NCBI RefSeq assembly: GCF_009914755.1 | Contig: NC_060936.1 | Source of the DNA: the human T2T-CHM13v2.0 reference genome, Homo sapiens | Direction: 5' to 3' (one strand) | Length of the DNA: 64,000 bases | Position numbers and translations under genes: made by a program | Shown here: positions 37,819 through 64,000 of the stretch, piece after piece | Layout of the letters: every line of letters begins with the position of its first letter | Numbering within the stretch: position 1 is the first letter of the stretch | Notes under the pieces: model-generated | What the model saw: only the letters and a program-made list of their open reading frames with translations | The model's database searches: none | What the model was told of the DNA's origin: nothing

Positions 37819-38459
37819 CAGTTGTCCTTCAGCATCTATGGGGGATTGGTTCTAATACCCCCTAGGGATACCAAAATCCAGGGATGCTTAAGTCCCTGAT
37901 ACAAAGTGGTGTAGTATTTGCATACTCTCGCATACTTTAAACCTCTAGGTTACCTATAATACCTAATACAAAGTAAATGCTACGGAAATAGTTGTGGTAC
38001 TGCTTAAGGAATAATGACAAGAAAAAAAGTCTGTACATGTTCAGTATAGATGCTTTTGATTTCCCATATAATTTTTTTTTTTCTTTTCAGACAGTTTTTT
38101 TTCTTTTCTTCTCACACTCTGTTGCGCAGGCTGGAGTGCAGTGACACAATCTCAGCTCATGGAAACCTCTACTTCTCAGGTTCAAGCAAATTGCTTGTCT
38201 CAACCTCTCGAGTAGCTGGGATTACACATGTGCACTACCATGGCCAGCTAATTTTTTGTACTTATAGTAGAGCTAGGGTTTTGCCATGTTGGCCAGGCTG
38301 GTCTTGAACTCCTGACCTCAGGTGATCCATCTGCCTCAGCCTCCCTAAGTGCTGGAATTACAGGTGTGACCCACAGCCCCAGCGTATTTCCCATATATTT
38401 TGGATCCATGGTTGGTTGAATTCACAGCTGTGTAACCCATGGATAGAGAGGGCTGACTG
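37819..38459 (+). mobile_element. MER2 (Tigger family) with internal minus-strand Alu (~38095-38383)
   Basis: ta|cagttgtccttcagcatctatggggg...gagggctgactg|ta terminal inverted repeats with TA target duplication. Confidence 0.8.
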
Positions 38460-38699
38460 TATTTGCAAACTAACATTTGAAGACATCAGTGTCCCAGCCA
38501 CAAAACTAAGAAATGAATGGTAATTACAATTTTAATCATTGTCTATGGTATCATGCCTATGTAAGAGAAAAAAAAACAGTTATTCCCTGGTTTAGGAGTA
38601 TAAAATTGGGTCTAGTGAGTATAAAAATATTTTTTAAAATATAAAAACATAAAAATATAATAAATATAAATAAATTAAGTTTAAAAATATAAGTATTTC

Positions 38700-40198
38700 A
38701 GTGGTGGCTCACACTTGGGAAGCCAAGGCAGGTGGACTGCCTGAGCTCAGGAGTTCGAAACCAACCTGGGCAACACGGCAAAATCCTGTCTCTACCAAAA
38801 ATATAAAAAATTAGCCAGGCATGGTGATGCGCACCTGTGGTCCCAGGTACTCGGGAGGCTGAGGTGGGAGAATCACTTGAGCCTGGGAGGAGGAGGTTGC
38901 GGTGAGCCAAGATCTGCATCACCACACTCCAACCTCAGTGATAGAGTGAGACCCCGTATATAAAAAATATATACATGTAAACTTTTCAAAAATCAATCAA
39001 AGGAATATATATATGTTGAACACCTGTTATCTGTAAGTCACTGTATATATACTAGACACCATGGTTGGGGGGGACGCATTTCCTTAATTCTATAAATTTG
39101 TTTTCTGAACTCCAGAAAAGTTTAATGCATTGGGAGAGAGAAAATATACCGGTAAAAAAGACACTACATACTGCTTCGTGAAGATGAGTGTTTGGTACAT
39201 GATGGAGACCACTGGTTCTCCAACTGTACTTCATGACACCCTATGATGTCTTCAGGACACCCCAGAAGGCAAGGGAAAGTGGAGTAAGTAGGGAGCTAGG
39301 ACATCACTAGCTCTTCTTCCAACCAAAGCCTTGTTTTAACTAAGAGTCAGCATGGGATCTCATCAGAGGGAAAAAAACTGACCTATTCTATACTAAAAAG
39401 AAAATGTTAAAGTCTGGGCATGGTGACTCACACCTGTAATCCCAGCACTTGGGGAGGCTGAGATGGGAGGATCAAGTGAGCCCAGGAGTTCAAGATCAGC
39501 CTGTGCAACACAGTGAGACATCTGTCTCTACAAAAACTAAACTAAAAAAAACAAACAAAAAAATTAGCCAGGTAGGGTGGTGCATGGGGAGGCTGAAATG
39601 GGAGAACAGCTTGAGCCCAGGAAGCAGTAAGCCATGATGGCGCCACTGCATTCTAGTAGGGGTGACAGAGAGAGACCCTTTCTCAACAAATAAATACATA
39701 CAAACATAAATTAATTTAAAATGTAAAGTTTAACAGCCATTGTTACAGGCAATAAAAACAAACCACAATGAGCAGGGAAGGTCAGAGAAGACTCTAAAAA
39801 GGACAGATGTGGGCTTGGTTTTGAAAAAGTATCTAAAACTCTAGTTAGTAAGGTAGATTCTTCACGTTGGGATTAAATCCAGGAGTAAAAGAAGAAGGCA
39901 CAGGGGGCCGCGGTGGCTCACGCCTGTAATCCCAGCAATTTGGGAGCCCAAGGCAGGTGGATCACAAGGTCAGGAGTTCGAGACCAGCCTGGGAAACACA
40001 GTGAAACCCATCTCTACTAAAAATACAAAAGTTAGCAGGGCATGGTGGCGCGCGCCTGTCGTCTCAGCTTCTCGGGAGGCTCAGGCAGGAGAATCACTGG
40101 AACCCGGGAGGCGGAGGTTGTGGTGAGCCAAGATCGCGCCACTGCACTCCAACCTGGGCAACAGAGTGAGACTCCAACTCAAAAACAAACAAAAAAAG
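38700..40198 (+). mobile_element. Plus-strand Alus: ~38700-38965, 39411-39700, 39907-40198
   Basis: Alu consensus. Confidence 0.85.
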
Positions 40199-40277
40199 AA
40201 GGCACAAAGTTGGTGATGTCTAACACACAGAACATGCCAGCTTAGTAGGTCAATAAGTAGATTAACATTGGGAAATA

Positions 40278-40792
<515 letters not shown>

Positions 40793-40924
40793 TTATAACA
40801 ATATTTGCCTTGGTGGAAGAAAACAAGGACCACACTTATTTTCTATTTTCACTGTTAAATCTTTTGGTACACACGTTTTGAACTTTTTACCATGTGTGCA
40901 TATATAATTTTTAAAGTAAAGTTG

Positions 40925-42370
<1,446 letters not shown>

Positions 42371-42372
42371 TG

Positions 42373-46954
<4,582 letters not shown>

Positions 46955-47238
46955 TTAGTTGATGGAGATCTTTTCCATTAACCAACCTTCCCCTTTTATG
47001 ATTTTTCACTAAATGTGACAAAGAATCTGTTAAGCAAAAGTAATTCTTCAGACTAAATCCAATTAGAATGGTCATGAATAAGAATCGCAGGATATTATAC
47101 AGTATTAGAATCAAAGCATGCAATTAGTTGTAAGTTTAAAGGACAGAGCACATTCTGTTACTTCACCAAAGCCAGTATAGCATGTATTTTTGATCAGTCC
47201 TAAAAAGCCCTAAATGCAGCGGAAAATATGATTTAGGC

Positions 47239-47424
47239 CAAGAGCTGGCAAACTTTTCTGTAAAGAGACAGTCAAATTTTCTGGCTTTGCAAGTCCTACA
47301 GTCAGCTACAACTACTCAACTCTATGGCTACAGCCATCAAAACAGCCATAGACAATGCACAAACGCATGGGCATAGCTATGCTACAATAAAATTTATTTA
47401 CTGATGAGCAGATTTGCTGACCCC
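47239..47424 (+). mobile_element. MER58A-like hAT MITE
   Basis: ggcaaacttttctgtaaag...actactcaactct...aataaaatttattta...tttgctgacccct. Confidence 0.7.
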
Positions 47425-48074
47425 TATCATCTAGGCTGAGAATACTGCAAAGAAAATGAAGCAGTAGGAAAAAGTATGAGGAACAATGGAATAAGGAAAC
47501 AGAAGTAAAGCCATAGTTGAGTTGGAGTAAAGAGGAAAACATGAATAATGGCGCAACAGGAAGAGCAGAAAGAAAATGAAGGAAAAAAATAGAGGAGAAA
47601 GGAATACTGGAAATGGATGGAAAATCAAGTAAAAAACAAGCAGAGATAACAGGACAATTCCAAAGATACACGAATACAGAGCCAAAAGCGACTGAAGGCC
47701 CTAAGAAGTTTTAGCAAAATGAAGAGAACCTCAGATCTGTCTGCACTGGAATTCAAATAAAGGATAAATACAAACTGATTTTCCAATGATAATCTGATGG
47801 TCTCTTCTAATTATGAATGTGCCAAGGTGACTCACAGCTCATATGACGTAAAGGTACTTTCAGTTTCTCAGTAAATCAAACTGGAACATGTATAACATTC
47901 AAGAGACCAAAGGAAACTTATTCACTGTACCGTAAGAAGTCACTATTTCAAAGCCTTTTATTCATTTGCATATATGCATGAATATAACTTTTAAACTTTA
48001 TTGAAATCAATGATGTTAGCATCAAGAACTTAAAAGTCACACTGACCTTACTCATGTTAAAAGGTTTCCCCAGC

Positions 48075-53108
<5,034 letters not shown>

Positions 53109-53207
53109 CAGATATTTCTTTAAAAAAAGTTTGTAAGATCACTGTGAAAATCTTTGCTTGAATAAATCTAATAAACCATGAGGCATATTTAGGAAATCAA
53201 AACCCAC

Positions 53208-53358
53208 CTCTTTTTGCATAACTGGAGTCCATATCTTTAAACTGTACCACAACAAAGTCTGAACATTTGAACAAAATACTCTCCATTATTTCTTCACGTT
53301 TCGGCCCCGAACTGGATTCTGTACTTTTCTCATGTGCGGCATCAAGTACCAAATCACA
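53208..53358 (-). CDS. ATXN2: Ataxin-2 exon 5 (151 nt; CDLVLDAAHEKS...DSSYAKR), Lsm domain
   Basis: ttttag|TGTGAT...AAAGAG|gtgggt; phase 0-1. Confidence 0.97.
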
Positions 53359-53833
53359 CTAAAATGAAAAACACAAGTAAGTACTCCAAACCTTTACAAA
53401 ATAAAATTTGTTAGGAATTCTTTAGCTCATCAAGGTACCAGTTCTTATATGCCTTTGACAAAAATAATCTCAAGAGAATCATACCCTTTTTCCCAGGCAT
53501 ATGATCTATTATCCATTCCATCATTTAAAAATCCTCATATCTAAATGTTTTTTGTTTCTATGGTTTGTCTTAAGTACATTAATAATAATTTTTAAGAGGA
53601 AAAAACAAACCACCACATCCCTCTATTAGCTCACAATGCTTAAAAATGGTTGAAATATTTTAATAAGCACACACATCAAGAAGCCTCTCTGATTACACAA
53701 ACCAGTCTATAAAATAATCAGTATTTGAAACTGAGAAGTAAAATCATTCAAAGTGGCTTTAAAAACTAGGTAAAACACTGACTATGAAAATGTTCTTTTA
53801 CTTTGTAAGAAAAAGAAAAAAAGTAAAAATTAC

Positions 53834-53905
53834 CTTCGGACTGTAAGTTTTAAAAACTCCTTCATATATACCTCCATTTTTCACTTGTACTTCACATTTG
53901 GAGCC
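53834..53905 (-). CDS. ATXN2: Ataxin-2 exon 4 (72 nt; GSKCEVQVKNGGIYEGVFKTYSPK), Lsm domain
   Basis: ttttag|GGCTCC...CCGAAG|gtaatt; Sm1-like motif VKNGGIYEGVF. Confidence 0.97.
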
Positions 53906-54228
53906 CTAAAAACATATAATTTATTTATCAAAGAAACAGTATACTACCCGGTCACCAGGGATATTTGTTTTCATTTTACTTTTTATACCTCATCAGGCTT
54001 CATTCAATATTAGGTATTCACTAACAAAACAATAAAAAAATTTCAAAACATTAACAATACACTGAACTCTTGAAATTCTTCAGGAGGCTCTACTCAGAGT
54101 TTGCAGTACGAATTTTAATACTGAAGTCAAACATTTCTGACCCCAGCTATTTTAAGTGACAAAATAATGTACAAAAGACAATCAACTACTAACATTATTT
54201 TACACACACAGCAGGGTTAACAAGAATA

Positions 54229-54499
54229 CAGCTATCTGTTGTTATTGGTAGGGGACTGGTTCCAGGACCTCCTTCAGATACCGAATTACATAATACTTAA
54301 GTCACTTACATAAAATGTAATAGTATTTGCATATAACTAAGCACATTCTCCCAAATACTTTAAACTATCCCTAAATTACTTGTAATACCTAATATAATGT
54401 AAATGCTATGTAAATTGTCATACTGTATTGTTTTAGGAATAATGACAAGAAAAACGTCCGTACATCTTTGGTTCAGACGCAACCATGCCTCTTTTTTCT

Positions 54500-54536
<37 letters not shown>

Positions 54537-54903
54537 TTTTTTTGAGAAGGGGTCTGTCTGGCACTGTTGACCAGGCTGAGTGCAGGGGCATTATCTCAGC
54601 TCAGTGAAACCTCCACCTCCCAGGCTCAAACAATCCTCCCACGTCAGCCTCCCAAGTCACTAGGACTACAGGCACGTACCACCACGTTCGGCTAGTTTTT
54701 TTACTTTTTGTAGAGACGGAGTTCTGCCATGTTGCCCAGGCTGGTCTTAAACTTGTGAGCTCAAGCCATCTGCCCACCTCAAACTCCCAAAGTGCTGGGA
54801 TTACAGGCGTGAGTCACTGTGCCTGGCCTTTTTAACAAATATTTTTGATCCAAGGTTGGCTGAATCCATGAATATGGAACCCACAGATGCAGAGGACCAA
54901 CTG
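54229..54903 (+). mobile_element. MER2 (Tigger family) in intron 3 with internal minus-strand Alu (54533-54828)
   Basis: ta|cagctatc...ggggactggttccagga...gaggaccaactg|ta; similar to the 37819-38459 element. Confidence 0.78.
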
Positions 54904-55085
54904 TACTTTTACAATGAATTATATTAGACTGGATAAAAGGAGTTCTAATCTATTTCTCTAAATCATCCTGACTAAACATGATCTAAGCAATGTTACTTTG
55001 ACAATCATTTATCCACATTTTAACTTCATGGAATTACTTTATTCTACCCCCAAGGCAGTTTATCCCCAATAATCTAATAACTTAC

Positions 55086-55145
55086 AACAACTGATGTAAG
55101 TATATGAACCATCCTCATATTTGCATAGATTCCATCAAAAGAAAT
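55086..55145 (-). CDS. ATXN2: Ataxin-2 exon 3 (60 nt; ISFDGIYANMRMVHILTSVV), start of Lsm domain
   Basis: ttccag|ATTTCT...GTTGTT|gtaagt; phase 0-0. Confidence 0.97.
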
Positions 55146-55185
55146 CTGGAATATTAAAAAAAAAAAAAACTATTAGAAATTAGTA

Positions 55186-55345
55186 CAAACTGAATCTTCC
55201 TCATCTAAAATGCTTGGGACCAGAAGTATTTTAGACTGCGGATTTTTTTCGGATTTGGGGATATTTGCATTATACTTAGTGCTTGAACATCCCTAATTCA
55301 AAATATGAAATTTTGGAGCATTTCCGATTAGGGATGCTCAGCCTG
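55186..55345 (+). mobile_element. Tigger4/MER46-like fragment 40 bp upstream of the exon 3 acceptor
   Basis: aaaatgcttgggaccagaagt...gattagggatgctcagcctg|ta. Confidence 0.7.
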
Positions 55346-56252
55346 TATTTACATTTGCATATAAAGCTAACGTTTATTATTTGTTGCAAAATGTTTAGTT
55401 AGGTTTATGATATCTTACATGTATTAAGGGAAGATTTTGTTTATTTAATATTTTGCTTCCATAGAGAACAGAAGGAACAGAAGGTCAGGTTTTCAAGTGT
55501 TATCAGTCAAACCAACTAATGGTGTTTTGACTAAACATGACATAAAAAAGCAAGAGTAAACTTCCATAGAGGAGGAAGGACACAAACCGTAAGGATGGAA
55601 GACAAATCAATGGTTGGAGAGAGAGGAGGGTTCACTGAAAAGTGATTTGAGGGATTTTGGTGGGCAATGAAACTGTTCTATTAACTTGATTGTGGTGGTA
55701 GTTACACTGATTGTATGCAATTGTTAAAACTCACAGAAATGTACCCTAAGAAGGGTGAAGTATAAATAAATGGGGTAGGAAGCCAGGTCATACCTTCATA
55801 GAAGAACCCTGACTAGGTTCTCCCAGCATATCAGCATCAGTGACAGTGCTTAAGTCTGATCAACCACACTACTCCATATTACTACCATATACGTGTATAT
55901 CTTCCTGATTCTTGTAAAACAATCTAATAAAGGCAAAGTCTCAAAAATTTGTGATAGCTTCTCATTTATTTCTTCCATCATGTGGGACTTATAGTTTCTG
56001 CCCTTCATGTCCGGTTCAATTTCATTGATAACATTCCAAAATTTAAGACCAGAAAGCCAAAGGAGAAAAATGAAAGCAGCAGAAAAAAAGCACATTAATT
56101 CAAAATAAAAAGCATAAAGAACTCTGCAGACTCCACTCTTGGTGTTCTACGTATCTTTTGGAGGTTTTTCACTTAGATTTGCACTTAGTCATTTAGAAAA
56201 GAACAAGCGACTTGTTCTTGTTATTACACGTGACAAAAATACTATTTACAAA

Positions 56253-56621
56253 TGATATGGTTTGGTTCTGTGTCCCCACCCAAATCTTATCTTTAATTAT
56301 AATAATTCTCGTGTGTCAAGGGCAAGACCAGGTGGAGATAACTGAATCATGGGGGCAGTTTCCCCTACGCTGCTCTCATGATAGTGAGTGAGTTCTCAGG
56401 AGATCTGATGGTTTTATAAGGGGCTTTCCCTGCTTTGCTCAGCACTTCTCTCTCCTGTCGCTATGTGAAGAAGGATGTGTTTGCTTCCCCTTCCACCATG
56501 ATTGTAAGTTTCCTGAGGCCTCCCCAGCAATGCAGAGCATGAGTCAATTAAACCTCTTTCCTTTATAAATTACCCAGTCTTAGGTATATCTTTATTAGCA
56601 GTGTAAGAATGGACTAATACA
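56253..56621 (+). mobile_element. THE1 (MaLR; THE1B/C-like) solo LTR in intron 2
   Basis: Starts tgatatggtttgg..tgtgtccccacccaaatct, ends ggactaataca; 5-bp TSD acaaa/acaag. Confidence 0.93.
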
Positions 56622-56810
56622 ACAAGTAATTGTACATTTTATACAGAGTCATTAAAAAAACACATATAGGCTAATAACATACTTAAACAGTCAAGTTATC
56701 TATGACAAAATTCAAAAGAAGGGAATCTTTTGCCTTGGCATTTGGTCTGTGGTTAGAGATCATGTTTTAGCTACTAATTTTCCCCAATAAGTAACATTAA
56801 AGTTACTCAC

Positions 56811-56847
56811 CGTAGACTGAGGCAGTCCTTTGTTACTGTTTCGACCT
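56811..56847 (-). CDS. ATXN2: Ataxin-2 exon 2 (37 nt; R-GRNSNKGLPQST)
   Basis: Minus strand ttttcag|AGGTCGAAAC...TCTACG|gtgagt; translation matches ataxin-2 just after the exon 1 region. Confidence 0.96.
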
Positions 56848-57160
56848 CTGAAAAGATTAAATATTATTTTTATTAAATTCAACAGGCTAAATAAGCTGAA
56901 AAATATTTCCAAACTTAAAATATAATTCCATTCAAATAAAGGAGAGGCTATCTGTGGGGAGAGCTCACCTAATATTAAGTCTAAAGGCTACCTAAGGATG
57001 GCTCTACCTATGCACTGCTTGCCTGGAGACCCACAACAGGTAGGGGTCATAGAAGGAAGCAAACTAGAAATAATCAAACTTCATCAAAATCAAATAAATA
57101 AAGTAAAATAGCCTACTGGAAGAAAAAAACTAATGCTAAACGTAAATTAATAATAATTAT

Positions 57161-60735
<3,575 letters not shown>

Positions 60736-61087
60736 CACTTAATACACTTAAAATTGTTAAAATGGTATATTACTTATATTGCACCATAATTTAGGAGAAA
60801 AAAAACTCACAATCTCTTCCCAAAGAAATTTCATTTGCAACAAGGTATGAAAGAGTTAATGATGCTTTCAAAGGCACTTGGTAGGAGGAGAATCATTGGA
60901 GATAAGTGCTAAATTGTAGTTGTCTAGTTTGGTGGCCAGAACTAGGGAAAGAGAGCTGGGAGGACTCCTCTGTGGATTGGAACAAATTTCAAACACTGAT
61001 CTCAGAAACTATCCCTTCAAAGAAGCGCAAATTTGATCAGATCAGTCTGTGGAGCAGTTTAGGCCCAAAGCTCCACGGAAAACAATG

Positions 61088-61384
61088 CAGGCCCTCCATA
61101 TCTGCAGATTTCACATCCTCAGATTCAATCACTCGAGATTAAAAACACTTAAAAATAAATACAATAAAAATAAGACAAATAAAAAATATATAACAACTAT
61201 TTACCTAGTGTTTACACCATATTAGGTATTATAAGTAATCTAGAAATGACAAAGCATACAGGAGGATGTGCACCGGTATATGCAAATACTGTGCCATTTT
61301 ATGAGGGACTAGAGCATCCATAAATTTTTATATCCAACGGGGGGGTCCTGGGACCAATCCCCCAAGGACACCAAGAAATGACTA
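61088..61384. mobile_element. Tigger3a/MER7-like DNA transposon fossil
   Basis: attaggtattataagtaatctaga...tatgcaaatactgtgccattttat...gggggtcctgggaccaatccccc. Confidence 0.7.
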
Positions 61385-61871
61385 CACAGCATCACCTAGT
61401 AATTAGTGTAGCTTAACAGCTGGGTACAGTCAGGAAAAGAGACAAAGCCATGCCAAAATCACTGTGATTCTAGAGTGATGGTAGGCATACCCAAGGCTGC
61501 ATCCCAAGAAAACTAGCATCAGACGTGTCACACTGTACAGGGAGGGAAGAAGGATAGAACACTAAAATCATTCAGCCAGTCATTAGACAAATAAGCAAAT
61601 AACAGTAACAACCACCACCCCCAACCATAGGCTAATGAGGTATCCAGAGTTACTACATTACTTAAAATGTCCAGTTTTCAACAACAAAAAAAAAAACGAC
61701 AAGCTAAGACACAGGAAAGTATAACCCCACCCACTGGAAAAAGAAGTAGGCAATAGAAATTGCTTGTATAACCAGATGTCTGACTTAATAAGAATTTCAA
61801 AAGTGGTCACTATAAACATGTTTTAAGAACGAAAGAAAACCATAATTAATGCAGTAAAAGAAGGTATGATT

Positions 61872-63999
<2,128 letters not shown>

Positions 64000-64000
64000 A

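Noticed and set aside
56518-56535. PRDM9 hotspot motif position in the THE1 LTR
   Set aside because: Reads cctccccagcaat, not the CCTCCCTAGCCAC hot version

Overview
Human genomic DNA from inside ATXN2 (ataxin-2, the SCA2/ALS-risk gene), transcribed on the - strand. An AluYa5 and an SVA support human origin. The window holds 13 consecutive coding exons, exons 2-14 (1684 nt, one open frame from ...GRNSNKGLPQST to ...KKFKNDFR). They encode the Lsm and LsmAD domains and the Pro/Ser-rich disordered middle region. It also holds the 3' part of intron 1 (56848-64000) and the 5' part of intron 14 (1-14107). The CAG/polyQ exon 1 and the PAM2 exon lie outside the window. The rest is repeat-rich intron: roughly 60 Alu copies or fragments, old L1 remnants, a full-length SVA antisense to the gene, a THE1 solo LTR, Tigger/MER/Charlie DNA transposon fossils, MIR and L2. 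Almost all ORFs in the supplied track are Alu/L1/SVA artefacts. The main observations are: (1) a candidate poison microexon upstream of exon 11, whose donors run directly into a UG/UGCAUG tract (TDP-43/RBFOX-type architecture); (2) a GC-AG intron 9 with a competing GT donor that would introduce a premature stop; (3) an old duplicate of the exon 7 donor region just upstream of exon 6; (4) an 80-bp L1-mobilised poly(A)-signal cassette in sense orientation in intron 6; (5) a probable deletion junction in intron 5; (6) an antisense intronic SVA. All regulatory interpretations are untested hypotheses, and repeat subfamily calls were made by eye.
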